Positions 26,831 to 35,812 of a DNA stretch of 40,227 nucleotides are shown here, piece by piece. Both the position numbers and the translations under genes were made by a program. A model generated the notes under the pieces. That model ran no database searches, was not told where the DNA came from, and saw nothing but the letters and a program-made list of their open reading frames with translations. Positions within the stretch are counted from its first letter, which is position 1; each line of letters begins with the position of its first letter. Source of the DNA: Thermoproteota archaeon (GTDB lineage: Archaea > Korarchaeota > Korarchaeia > Korarchaeales > Korarchaeaceae); the NCBI GenBank assembly GCA_027491735.1, contig JAOZGP010000014.1, positions 1-40,227 of the forward strand, given 5' to 3'.

Positions 26831-26905
26831 GCTCCGGTGGTGTAGCCCGGCCAAGCATAGGGGCCTCTCGAGCCCCAGACCCGGGTTCAAATCCCGGCCG
26901 GAGCA
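26831..26905 (+). tRNA. tRNA-Glu(CTC)
   Basis: GCTCCGG/CCGGAGC-A acceptor, GGGGC-CTCTCGA-GCCCC anticodon arm, GGTTCAAATCC T arm; TTTATATA box upstream and T-run downstream. Confidence 0.97.
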
Positions 26906-27169
26906 TTTTTATCTTTAATTCTATGCCCTATCATGACTTTTAGAGCAGCATCCATGTCTATAAGTTTTTCTCTTTTCATTTAGTGCGTGCTAGGTCTAGT
27001 TGAGAAGTTTATTGGAGTTTTGCTAGGAGTGATGAGGAAGCTGAAGAAATCAAGGTAAATGAGGAGGATCAGTTACGAGAAATCCGTCAAGGTTTCATCT
27101 GCGTTTGAGTATATATAGTAGTTTAAACATTTACCATCAACTGTAATAATCTCCAGTTCTGAAAAAGAT

Positions 27170-27325
27170 GGCAATGGCGATGCTCAGGGGCGGTTCATCG
27201 ATTCCGGGTCTTTTATCCACTTGTGTTTATGACTTGAACTAAGTGAGCTTGGTGTTGAGTCAATAAAACAGGAAGCCCTGAGCATCACCGATCTCTGAGG
27301 TCAGGATGACGGGGTGAGTAGGCTT
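27170..27325 (+). mobile_element. tnpB 3'-end / right-end-like relic
   Basis: AAACAGGAAGCCCT is 13/14 identical to AAGCAGGAAGCCCT in the right end of the 12952 element. Long-range inverted repeat 27176-27189 / 27276-27289. Confidence 0.5.
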
Positions 27326-27351
27326 TGGGATCTGAATTAAGACAAGTTCCG

Positions 27352-27717
27352 TTAATAGCCGAAAAACGCCAGGGGATTAAACTTGAACGTGTATAGAAGA
27401 ACGTAGGCTAGAGCAATTGCTAGGACAGCCGACGTTATGGTCCTCAGGAACTGCCTGTGATATACAGGGATTACGGTGAAGAGACCTTGCACGAGCGCCA
27501 AGAACATAAGGAAGTTCCGCATGGCTTCTGAGGCAGGCACCATCCACATATTGGAGACCCAGACGCTGAAAGTTGCTATCAAAAGAGATATTGGGAAGGT
27601 GAACGCTGTGAAGATAAGCCCAAATATTATCTCCACCACTACAGCCTTGAAGGAGAAGGGAATCCTCACTCTGCGCCTTTTTCGACCGTAGATCGTGGGG
27701 CTTTTCAGCATCCTCAA
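27352..27717 (-). CDS. Small three-TM membrane protein, unknown function
   Basis: Basic N-terminus followed by three hydrophobic segments; 4-nt overlap with the pyrH stop. Confidence 0.75.
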   Translation of the reverse strand: MRMLKSPTIYGRKRRRVRIPFSFKAVVVEIIFGLIFTAFTFPISLLIATFSVWVSNMWMVPASEAMRNFLMFLALVQGLFTVIPVYHRQFLRTITSAVLAIALAYVLLYTFKFNPLAFFGY

Positions 27718-28400
27718 CTCACCTTCACCAAGGTACCGACCTTCTCTGCCCTCAGGATCCTAAATATGTTTTCGGGTGAAAAGGCTGTGGTCACCACGAC
27801 AGGGATCTTAGATCTCCTCACAATCCTCAGAGCCACTAGGTCGAAGAGCTCGTACTTACCTGGCTCGAATTTCTGTGATGAAACCAGTTTCTCCAGTATA
27901 TCCACTGTTATCTCATCATATCTGATGGCGCTGGAGTTCTTATTTGGATCGTCGGAGTAGATCGCATCCGCTCCGGTCATCTTGATGAGGAGCTGAGCGC
28001 GAACGTACTCAGCAATGACTGCTGCCACGGCGTCAGTGGATTGACCAGCCACCATCCCTCCAGCTATCACTAGATTATGGGACGACAGGGCCGAAACCAC
28101 CTCCTGATAGGATCGAGGGATTCGAGGATACGCTACGTCAGTAAGCCCAGAGACTAAAAGCAAAGCGTTTATTCTGGTGGCAGCGATGCCTAAATCGTCC
28201 AATAAACTGTTTGGGGCTTTTAAGTTGGAGGCCAACTCTATATACCTTCTAGCGATCCTCCCTCCACCGGCTACGACAACCACTTTGTTAGAACGGGAGA
28301 CCTCCCTTAGTACGTTTATGTATCTGTCTATCAGAGAGGCATCTCCCTTCTCAACAGCCTCGTTGAAGACAATTCCTCCCAGGAGTATAACCAGCCTCAT
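27714..28400 (-). CDS. pyrH: Uridylate kinase
   Basis: LGG, VVVAGGGRIARRYI, DDLGIAATRINA, GQSTDAVAA, DPNK, FDLVA, GTLV. Confidence 0.95.
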   Translation of the reverse strand: MRLVILLGGIVFNEAVEKGDASLIDRYINVLREVSRSNKVVVVAGGGRIARRYIELASNLKAPNSLLDDLGIAATRINALLLVSGLTDVAYPRIPRSYQEVVSALSSHNLVIAGGMVAGQSTDAVAAVIAEYVRAQLLIKMTGADAIYSDDPNKNSSAIRYDEITVDILEKLVSSQKFEPGKYELFDLVALRIVRRSKIPVVVTTAFSPENIFRILRAEKVGTLVKVS

Positions 28401-28443
28401 CGAGAACAGTTCAGATAACTAAAATTTAACTGTTTGAATGTGC

Positions 28444-29391
28444 TTAATAGAACCTCATGGGGGACTCAAGCCTTGAGAGCAGAACCACCTTGCTCTCCGG
28501 CTGTTCATCCAATATTACATATCCAGTCATCTCAGCGAGCTCCCTGGCGAACCTTCTGACATCCGAGTGCATTGGTGAGTTCGCCCTCGAAAGCCTCCTC
28601 CTGGAGTAGCCCACATAACTGTACCCCTTCGGCTCCACGTAGGTGGGCTCGAACCTGCGGATTAGGGGAGCAAATTCCTGAGCTAGGTGTGAGTTCACTC
28701 CCTTTATCACAGTTATCCTCATGACCACCGGAATTGAAAGGGAGTTCGTTAGGGACAACGTCTCTAAAACCCTCTCCCAAGCTCTTCTTACCATAGGCCT
28801 GGCTATCCTATTGAAGACTGTCTTGTTTGGTGCATTTACTGTGATGTACAGCTGAGTTGGTTCACAGGATATGCTCTCCAGCCTCTCTGGCAGCGAGCCG
28901 TTTGTCACGATGAAGGTGGTCATGCCCCGGTTCTTGTATTCCCTCACGAGCTCCCCTATTTTGGGGTATAGCATCGGCTCCCCTGTCAGCGAGATGGCAG
29001 CATGCTTGGGGTCTTCTGCCTCCCTCAGCCAATCACCGCTGAACACCTCCACACCCTTGTATCCCTGAATTATAGTCTTCTGAATCCTTATGCTCTCGTC
29101 AACTATCTCCCGAGGTTCATCCCAGTCTAGGTCCTCGGGTGGTATCTCCTGCCACCCCATCTCCGGAGGAAGGTCACTCGCGTTTATCCTCCAGCAGTGG
29201 AGACATTGAAAGTTGCAGTAAGCTGCTGTAGGGGTCATCTGTATGCACCTCCAGCTGGGTATGCCGAAGAACTTATGTTTATAGCAGGTCTTACCATGCA
29301 TGATTGCCTTCCTGAACCAGTAGCAGGGCTTCAGGGCAGAGTGGTTCAATATGATCTTATAGCCCTGTTTCCTCATCAGGGCTTTGACCAC
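28444..29391 (-). CDS. taw1: 4-demethylwyosine synthase (radical SAM)
   Basis: CYKHKFFGIPSWRCIQMTP, CNFQCLHCWR, HAAISLTGEP, VEPKGYSYVGYSR. Confidence 0.95.
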   Translation of the reverse strand: MVKALMRKQGYKIILNHSALKPCYWFRKAIMHGKTCYKHKFFGIPSWRCIQMTPTAAYCNFQCLHCWRINASDLPPEMGWQEIPPEDLDWDEPREIVDESIRIQKTIIQGYKGVEVFSGDWLREAEDPKHAAISLTGEPMLYPKIGELVREYKNRGMTTFIVTNGSLPERLESISCEPTQLYITVNAPNKTVFNRIARPMVRRAWERVLETLSLTNSLSIPVVMRITVIKGVNSHLAQEFAPLIRRFEPTYVEPKGYSYVGYSRRRLSRANSPMHSDVRRFARELAEMTGYVILDEQPESKVVLLSRLESPMRFY

Positions 29392-29490
29392 CTCAGGTAT
29401 CGATGCCCTCCCTCCTATTCAGCTCACCTAATTCTTATTCATGTCGGCTTGGATTTATAAAAAATAGCTATTAGGACTCGTGGATCCTCA

Positions 29491-30228
29491 TTGAGGAAGG
29501 ATGAGCTGGACTCCAAAGTTCTCCTGCTGTTGATCACCATGGCCAGGCTTGGAGGTGGAAGAAGACTCATAGGATCGTCAGAGCTCGCTGAGTCCTTGGG
29601 TGTTTCGAGACCCACCGTATCACGATGGATAAACAAGGCGGTCACCCTAGGTTACGTGGAGAAATTGGGAGAGAAGAGAAGACAGTCGTATATGCTGACC
29701 AGTGAGGGAATAAAAGTCCTCCACACAATTTGTGAGAGAATGAGGGCCCCCCTATCTGTTAAAAGAGTTGCTGGCGAGGTGGTGAGCGGGCTTGGGGAGG
29801 GCTCCTATTACATGTCCCTTGATGGATATAAATCCGGTTTTATGAGGATCCTTGGATATGTGCCCTTTCCTGGAACGCTCAACCTAAGGATTAAGTCGGA
29901 GAGTCACGTCCTCAAGATCTTGGAGTGGATCTCGGAGGTCAAGCCTGCCATAATTCCTGGATTTTCAACAAAGGAGAGAACCTTCGGCGATGTAAAGATA
30001 TACCCCGTGATCCTTAATGGAAGACTGGAATGTCATGCTGTGTTTCCCGAGAGAGGACACTACAACTACAGAGTTCTCGAGGTGGTGTGGCGGGACAGCA
30101 TAAGGAAGGAGCTCTCTCTGAAGGATGGAGACATTGTTATAGTTGATTTGATAGATTGGGAGACAGTGGGCCGGGTGGGACTCGAACCCACGGCCTCCGC
30201 CTCGTCAAGGCGGCGTCATAGCCACTAG
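29491..30228 (+). CDS. ribK: HTH-fused CTP-dependent riboflavin kinase (RbkR)
   Basis: N-terminal wHTH (SSELAESLGVSRPTVSRW), then GEVVSGLGEGSYYM, PFPGTLN, LSLKDGD. Confidence 0.92.
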   Translation: MRKDELDSKVLLLLITMARLGGGRRLIGSSELAESLGVSRPTVSRWINKAVTLGYVEKLGEKRRQSYMLTSEGIKVLHTICERMRAPLSVKRVAGEVVSGLGEGSYYMSLDGYKSGFMRILGYVPFPGTLNLRIKSESHVLKILEWISEVKPAIIPGFSTKERTFGDVKIYPVILNGRLECHAVFPERGHYNYRVLEVVWRDSIRKELSLKDGDIVIVDLIDWETVGRVGLEPTASASSRRRHSH

Positions 30229-30239
30229 ACCACCGGCCC
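30167..30239 (-). tRNA. tRNA-Val(GAC)
   Basis: Minus strand GGGCCGGTGGTCTAGTGGCTATGACGCCGCCTTGACGAGGCGGAGGCCGTGGGTTCGAGTCCCACCCGGCCCA. Confidence 0.97.
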
Positions 30240-30275
30240 GCTCTCCAAGGAAGTCCAGGTTTATGCTTAAATACC

Positions 30276-30509
30276 TTACTGAAGCTCCTTCATCTCATCA
30301 TGTATATCTGAGAGAACCTGAACTGTCCTGAGAACGCTGTTTACCATTGCTCTCAACTTAGATACTCGATCGGCCCGTATCCTCACCACAAGGGTTCTGT
30401 TCTTCAGTTCCAAGGACATGTTATCGGAGAGATCTGGTTCCATGGATTTCTTAATCAACGGAGCTATTGGCCCCTCTATCTCCAGCAGGGCTCTACACCT
30501 CATGAACAT
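30276..30509 (-). CDS. pcc1: KEOPS complex subunit Pcc1
   Basis: SMEPD...IRADRVSKLRAMVNSVLR; expected position after Brix. Confidence 0.88.
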   Translation of the reverse strand: MFMRCRALLEIEGPIAPLIKKSMEPDLSDNMSLELKNRTLVVRIRADRVSKLRAMVNSVLRTVQVLSDIHDEMKELQ

Positions 30510-31038
30510 CCCTCAGGTATAATCGAGGACCTACCTCCTCCTCGGTATCCGGGAGAAAGAAGGAGGCTGTCCTCTTCTTTCCTCTGACATTTAGAAATAG
30601 AACAGAGTCATGCGCTAGAAGTTCCTCGTCGTTGAGAGATTTTACCTCTCCGGCCATTGGAAGGGAAAACCCCTGAGATAGTATCTCCGCAAAGGAAGCC
30701 AAGCCTTCATCCGAAAAAGCCACAACAGATGAGTCCACTCTTGGGAATCTCCTTTTTGTTATCTCTCTGTGGAGAGCCACTCCCTCCAAGAGGACGCTCC
30801 TTTTCCATTGAGGAGGACGTAGGGAGGTGTTCAGAAATCTGAGTCTTGAGGGATTTCCCTTCATTTGATCAACTATGACCACACGAGATGCCCCTAACGA
30901 GTAAGCTTTCTCAGATAGATCTGAAATCGAACTTTTTCCACGATTCATTCTCTTAGCTTCTGGAAGAACTCCAGCGAGGTCCTTCATTAATGATCTGGTG
31001 CGCTGTGAGGGCCTTCGAGATGACGTTATTATTATCAA
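30493..31038 (-). CDS. Brix/Imp4-domain ribosome biogenesis protein
   Basis: IITSSRRPSQRTRSLMKDL, NRGK, KGNPSRLRF, EVGPRL; TTG start at 31038 chosen to avoid overlap with rpl37ae. Confidence 0.9.
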   Translation of the reverse strand: MIIITSSRRPSQRTRSLMKDLAGVLPEAKRMNRGKSSISDLSEKAYSLGASRVVIVDQMKGNPSRLRFLNTSLRPPQWKRSVLLEGVALHREITKRRFPRVDSSVVAFSDEGLASFAEILSQGFSLPMAGEVKSLNDEELLAHDSVLFLNVRGKKRTASFFLPDTEEEVGPRLYLRDVHEV

Positions 31039-31048
31039 GTTTTGAACC

Positions 31049-31300
31049 TCACCTGAGCGATCTCCTTGTATGGGCAGCCAGTGGGGTGAGGGGCTCCCAT
31101 GCACCACCGGCGAACTCGTATCCACATTTTCTACACTTCCAGACGCCAAGAAACTTTCTCTTAACGGCGATTTTACCACAGTTCGGACATTTGTAGGTTG
31201 CCCTGCTCCTCGCAAGAACCTTCTCGGCCCTCCTCCTGAGTTTTATTCCATACTTAGGGGTGCTCAGTTTAGCTCTTGGGATTCCCCCCTTCGTCATCAA
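31049..31300 (-). CDS. rpl37ae: 50S ribosomal protein L37Ae (eL43)
   Basis: KYGIKLRRR, CPNCGK..VKR..LGVWKCRKCGYEFAGGAWEP. Confidence 0.96.
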   Translation of the reverse strand: MMTKGGIPRAKLSTPKYGIKLRRRAEKVLARSRATYKCPNCGKIAVKRKFLGVWKCRKCGYEFAGGAWEPLTPLAAHTRRSLR

Positions 31301-32106
31301 ATCACCTCCTCAAGTTTTGACCTCACCTCTTCCATCCTCTCTCTCGCTATCTCGTAGGCCTTTTTAATCTCATCGTCTGTGAAGTACCCCTTCCTAAGCT
31401 GTATGGAACATATTCTTCCCTGATCGTCAACAGCTAGGGTTATAATGGAGTCCGCTATGGTCTCCTCCTCGAGACTGGGGTCCAGCAGTAGGTAATTTCC
31501 TATCTTGACAAAGGTAAAGCTTACTGGTTTGTTTATGACGGGCATAGGAAAGAACTCCTCCTTTACGACCACATTGCCCTCAGGACCGAGTTCTATCCTC
31601 GGCACTCTAGTTCGCATAAGAGCCACCAGTGAGGCCAAGGTCAGAGCATCCGCCAGGTTTCCCTTGTGGTCGAGGACGTACATGTCCAAGAATATAGTGT
31701 ACACGAGCTTCCCCGGCTCTATGACCAGCTTCTCGAAGTCTATAGCATTAGCGCTCCTGAAAGCTCTGTCCACAACCCTCGCTAGCTCTATGGAGTACTC
31801 TTCTGGGGGACCTGGTTCGAAGTTGGGGGATGCCAGCGGAAGAAGCTCCACGTTAGAGACGAAAACACATTTATTGGGAGTATCTGGAAATGGTTCTCCC
31901 ACATCCAAACTTATGCCCACAAGAACTTTAGTTCTCCCAAGAGATAGCCAGGCCTCGCCGTAGGATTTAGTAAAGGTACCCCTCTCAACGGATATCTCCC
32001 TCATCTCAAGCGGATCTCGCCCATCTATTCGTTTTCCAGATTGAAGTACCTCGAGGACGTACTCCTTGAGGAGAACAGAACCTATTTCATCTCTTTCCTC
32101 TGACAT
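31297..32106 (-). CDS. rrp42: Exosome subunit Rrp42
   Basis: GKRIDGR, PFPDTPN, PLASPNFEPGPP, ELARVVDR. Confidence 0.96.
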   Translation of the reverse strand: MSEERDEIGSVLLKEYVLEVLQSGKRIDGRDPLEMREISVERGTFTKSYGEAWLSLGRTKVLVGISLDVGEPFPDTPNKCVFVSNVELLPLASPNFEPGPPEEYSIELARVVDRAFRSANAIDFEKLVIEPGKLVYTIFLDMYVLDHKGNLADALTLASLVALMRTRVPRIELGPEGNVVVKEEFFPMPVINKPVSFTFVKIGNYLLLDPSLEEETIADSIITLAVDDQGRICSIQLRKGYFTDDEIKKAYEIARERMEEVRSKLEEVI

Positions 32107-32115
32107 AGAATCCCC

Positions 32116-32871
32116 CTACGCCACACCCAGTGCTCTTCTCTCCACCATGACGTAAGGCCTCCGAAGGGCCTCCTTTTGAAGTTCGTAGACCATCTCGCAA
32201 CAAGCCATGCCAAGCCTTAAACATTCATTGAACTGTTCGACGGTGAGTGGACCATCCGCCTGTAGGAGAGTTATCTTCCTATCCTCGAAGAGGACGGCCA
32301 TGGGCATATCAACGTCGCCCCACATATCCTCGTCGTGATTAGGATCTACCACTATGAAGTCATCAACGCGACCCACAGAACACCCAGCGACTAGCCCTCT
32401 CATGGCTATCCCGGCATCCGCTAAGGCCAGAGATGCAGCGGTAACACCGGCGACCCTAGTACCAGCATCAGACCGTAAGATTTCAACGAAAACGTCTATA
32501 GCTGATCCAGGGTATTTTTCTATGAAAACCGCTGGAAGAAGAGCTGTTCTTATGACCTTTGACAGTTCCACACTTCTCCTGTCCGGTCCCGGTCTTTTCC
32601 TCTCAGGAGTTGAGAAGGGGGCCATGTTATACCTCAATCTTAGTAGAGCTCTATCTGGAAGAAGCATGTGCTTGGGATGGACCTCTCTAGGTCCAAAGAC
32701 TGCAGCCAGTACTCTATTACCGCCCCACTCCACCAAAGCCGAACCATCAGCTCTTTCCAGAATCCCGACCTCTATCTTTATTGGTCTCAGATCTAAAGGA
32801 CTCCTACCATCAGTCCTAGTTCCGTCCTCTCCTATCAGGACATCAGGCTTCTTCTCCACATATATCGGCAA
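32116..32871 (-). CDS. rrp41: Exosome subunit Rrp41
   Basis: RTDGR..DLRPI, ADGSA, GPREVHPKH, YNMAPFS..RKRPGPDRRSVELSKV, DAGTR. Confidence 0.97.
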   Translation of the reverse strand: MPIYVEKKPDVLIGEDGTRTDGRSPLDLRPIKIEVGILERADGSALVEWGGNRVLAAVFGPREVHPKHMLLPDRALLRLRYNMAPFSTPERKRPGPDRRSVELSKVIRTALLPAVFIEKYPGSAIDVFVEILRSDAGTRVAGVTAASLALADAGIAMRGLVAGCSVGRVDDFIVVDPNHDEDMWGDVDMPMAVLFEDRKITLLQADGPLTVEQFNECLRLGMACCEMVYELQKEALRRPYVMVERRALGVA

Positions 32872-32873
32872 GG

Positions 32874-33575
32874 TTAACTACCCCCAGACATCTCTTCGTC
32901 CAAGAGACGGGATATCCTGTTGCTCAATCCCGCCACGTGGGACTCCTCCTGTATCTTGCTAAGTGCCTTTTTGATGGCCAGAAGGCTCTTTAAATTCTGT
33001 GGGTTGACGAGAACATATCCGTTTTGTGCTACTATTATCTCACTATGACTCTTGGACGACAGGAGGTTTACCATGGATCCCTTCTTTCCTATTATCCGAG
33101 GGATTTTGGCTGAGTTCACCTTGATCAATATGCCTCTCGTTATCTTGCCCAGCCCCTCAGCGTCTATAGTCAAGAGCGGACTGGATAGATTGTCGAAGGA
33201 TTTTATTTTCGCTAGGACCACATCTCCAACCTTGAGATCATACTTGTCGTCGCCGTGATGTCGCCTGCTCCCTCTTGGAATTAAAATTATTCCTGACATT
33301 GGAGTATTTATGTCCACAAGAATTGTGGTTCCCGTTATCCTGGTCACCTTACCCAGAACTATGTCGTTAGGCCGAGGAATGTAGGAGGAGGAGAGAGGTA
33401 TCACATCTATTTTTTCGCTCTGAACTGAAACCAGCCCTACCACCGCTGACCTCACGATACCGCTCTCATCGATAAATGCATTCCCCCCAGGTTTCATTCC
33501 CCTAGCCAGCTTCTGTCCAGGAAGCACGAGCTCCCTCTCCTGGACGTAAATCTCAGCTGTTGTTCTCTTGCTCAT
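32874..33575 (-). CDS. rrp4: Exosome RNA-binding subunit Rrp4
   Basis: S1 + KH domains: YIPRPNDIVLG, KIPRIIGKKGSM, AQNGYV, ESHVAGL. Confidence 0.95.
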   Translation of the reverse strand: MSKRTTAEIYVQERELVLPGQKLARGMKPGGNAFIDESGIVRSAVVGLVSVQSEKIDVIPLSSSYIPRPNDIVLGKVTRITGTTILVDINTPMSGIILIPRGSRRHHGDDKYDLKVGDVVLAKIKSFDNLSSPLLTIDAEGLGKITRGILIKVNSAKIPRIIGKKGSMVNLLSSKSHSEIIVAQNGYVLVNPQNLKSLLAIKKALSKIQEESHVAGLSNRISRLLDEEMSGGS

Positions 33576-34249
33576 GGGTTCTCCACCCTACCTCCGACAG
33601 CGCCAACCTTCTCCAAGATGTAGGGTTGAGCACCAACGGGAATCTCGACCTCAAACCTGACCTCGGATCCATCATCCGACCACTTCTCCGATAGGATCTT
33701 TCCCTGCCCGTGTAGAAAGCTCCTCATCTGAGACCAGCGAACAGAAGGTATCACCACTCTGATCCTGACATGGGAGGATTTCAGTGGAAGAACTTTTCTT
33801 AACTCTCCTATAACTTCTTTTATCTGCCGTTCTGGTTCTTTATATGGATCTATTTTGACCTTGGCCTGTTTTATTGCTTTCTTTATCCTCTGAACGGGAT
33901 GAGGGGCGTTTGTCTGTGGATCCACGAAGTTTTTATGAATATAATTGACTATCCAGTTGAGCTTCTGCTCTTGGAGCTTCTTTCTCTGCTCGGCCGTTAT
34001 CTGAACCTCTCCCTCTCTGAGTATCACCTCTGCAACTTTGATTACATCATCTGTACCAAATGCGGTCTTCAGTTCATCTCTTGAGGCTATATTACCTCGT
34101 CTAGCGTCCATAAATACCTCATCCACCACTAGAAGTTCTGACACCGGGATTTTCTTTCCCTCTAGAAATTCATATGTCTTCTTCGGCCTAACCAAGATTT
34201 CGAACTTCTTACCGCTTTTCTCCAACCTAGCGATTATCGACTCAGACAT
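33572..34249 (-). CDS. Ribosome maturation factor SBDS/SDO1
   Basis: ARLEKSGKKFEILV, FGTDD, GEVQITAEQR, DPQTNAPHP. Confidence 0.96.
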   Translation of the reverse strand: MSESIIARLEKSGKKFEILVRPKKTYEFLEGKKIPVSELLVVDEVFMDARRGNIASRDELKTAFGTDDVIKVAEVILREGEVQITAEQRKKLQEQKLNWIVNYIHKNFVDPQTNAPHPVQRIKKAIKQAKVKIDPYKEPERQIKEVIGELRKVLPLKSSHVRIRVVIPSVRWSQMRSFLHGQGKILSEKWSDDGSEVRFEVEIPVGAQPYILEKVGAVGGRVENP

Positions 34250-35019
34250 CAGGAACTCCCTTCCTTCTCATCAGCGGATTTCTCCGACTCGGTCCCTTCC
34301 TCCTCAGAGGGGGTCTTCTCTAGAAGGGCTTTTATCTCATCTTTGGATAGAAACCTGAACTCCCTATCTTCAGCAGTTATTACTGCTATCTCGAGAAGAT
34401 CTGGGGTTAACTTCTCCTCCTGAGCTTTTGTAATTGCCTTAAGAGCGAGGATCATGGCCTTCTCGAGAGGGGAGTTTGGATCATATTCCTCGCGTAATAT
34501 ATCGTTCACCTTGTCCGAGTTCATGCCAGCAGCGTAGGCTTCGTAGCTGTAGAAAGCCCCCCCAGGATGGGTTATATAGAGTTCGGGCCTCTCGTCAACC
34601 CCCCCGAAGATCATCATCACTCCGAAAGGCCTAAGTCCTGCGTACTGAGTGTATTGCTGTTTAAAGAGAGCTATCTTCCTAGCTAAACTCTTGACAGTTA
34701 TCGGCTCGCCATATATCAGTTTGTTGTACTGAGATTCCACGCGGCTCCTATCTATGAGGACTAGACCATCTCCTACGAGACCAGCAGCTATAGCTCCTAT
34801 GTGCTTATCTATGCGATGGATTTTAGCGGGCGGCTCGGCTAGTGGCGACATGTGCTTTTTGACAGCTATTAAGGCAACCCCCTCCTTGGATTTTATTCCC
34901 ACCGCCAGAGTCGCTCTCTTTGTAGCGGCCAATGCATATTCAACTTGGAGAAGGCGACCATCAGGGCTGAACACGGTTATGGCCCGATCATAACCTCTAG
35001 ATAGTTGTGGAAACATCAA
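34249..35019 (-). CDS. psmA: Proteasome subunit alpha
   Basis: GYDRAITVFSPDGRLLQVEYA, YTQYAGLRPFGV. Confidence 0.98.
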   Translation of the reverse strand: MMFPQLSRGYDRAITVFSPDGRLLQVEYALAATKRATLAVGIKSKEGVALIAVKKHMSPLAEPPAKIHRIDKHIGAIAAGLVGDGLVLIDRSRVESQYNKLIYGEPITVKSLARKIALFKQQYTQYAGLRPFGVMMIFGGVDERPELYITHPGGAFYSYEAYAAGMNSDKVNDILREEYDPNSPLEKAMILALKAITKAQEEKLTPDLLEIAVITAEDREFRFLSKDEIKALLEKTPSEEEGTESEKSADEKEGSS

Positions 35020-35089
35020 GCATCATCCTCCTCATAAGCGACAGGACCAACTATTTAAGTTAAGTTGGGAACTGTATAATAATCCAACT

Positions 35090-35320
35090 CACCAACAAGG
35101 AGCTTCGTTAGAGACCAAGGAGGTTCTAGACCGAAACGTATGATGTTGCTCGCGTCATGCGAGACCTTCGTGACGTCAGGATCTCTGCTGGATGAAGCAG
35201 TTGTGGACTACTTCACTCGGGGATGGTGAAAGTGAAGGCAAGTCTGAAGGAGCTTGACTGAGGATGTGAGAGTCTGTTCTCAGAAGGCCTCTCGATGATG
35301 GGGCGGAAAGCCGCCCGCTA
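35090..35320 (+). other. Hairpin-rich non-coding segment, probable tnpB-3'/omegaRNA-like relic or ncRNA
   Basis: Five hairpins (35149-35163, 35185-35200, 35211-35237, 35267-35282, 35301-35316) and no ORF. GATGTGAGAGT...GAAGGCCTCTCGATGA recalls archaeal tnpB 3' ends. Confidence 0.4.
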
Positions 35321-35334
35321 CAAATGTGCTAAGG

Positions 35335-35685
35335 TTACAAATGAAGCGGGGAGCCAGAATGGTCCAAACCGAGAGCCTTCAGCTCCTCTCTTATCTTTCT
35401 GAGAGTTCCTGATATCCTCAGCACCCGAAACGATCCGTTTTTTGACGATGAGGGTATGGCTAAGACCAACGACAGAATTGCATGGCTTAGAGCTCGGTTA
35501 GTGGTTTTCATGATGCCATGAGATCCATTGAAGGCCAACATCTTAGCTGAAACGTGAAGTTCCCCCATCAGACCAAAGAGTCTCAACATCGATGCTGATA
35601 GATTTATCCTCTCCACGGGAGGATCGATAGCGAAGAGGACATACCTCTCCCTCTCCCTGAGATCTATGGGTATCTTAGGCTTCAT
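35335..35685 (-). CDS. RNase P protein Pop5/Rpp14
   Basis: LRERERYVLF...LRLFG...VLRISGTLRK; position between rpp30 and psmA; ATG 35685. Confidence 0.85.
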   Translation of the reverse strand: MKPKIPIDLRERERYVLFAIDPPVERINLSASMLRLFGLMGELHVSAKMLAFNGSHGIMKTTNRALSHAILSLVLAIPSSSKNGSFRVLRISGTLRKIREELKALGLDHSGSPLHL

Positions 35686-35691
35686 GAGATC

Positions 35692-35800
35692 TGACCTCCC
35701 CGCCCTAAGGGGTAATCCTGCTGGGGCAGGGAGTAAACTCATGTTCCCGCTCCCGTTGCCCCTGTCCTCCACGGACTCTGGACTATTAAGTGCACTAAAC
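35692..35800 (-). mobile_element. tnpB 3'-end / IS605 right-end relic
   Basis: Minus strand translates PESVEDRGNG (TnpB-tail-like) and ends CCCCTTAGGGCGGGGAGGTCA. Confidence 0.6.
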
Positions 35801-35812
35801 GAAGTCGATATT

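Noticed and set aside
31039-31215. N-terminal extension of the Brix ORF
   Set aside because: Overlaps rpl37ae in another frame; Brix similarity starts at 31038.
35255-35290. Hammerhead ribozyme (CTGAGGA...GAA)
   Set aside because: Stem II is not adjacent to the CUGANGA core, the GAAA is missing, and stems I/III could not be built.
35040-35334. RNase P RNA beside the RNase P protein genes
   Set aside because: No P4 consensus motifs on either strand.
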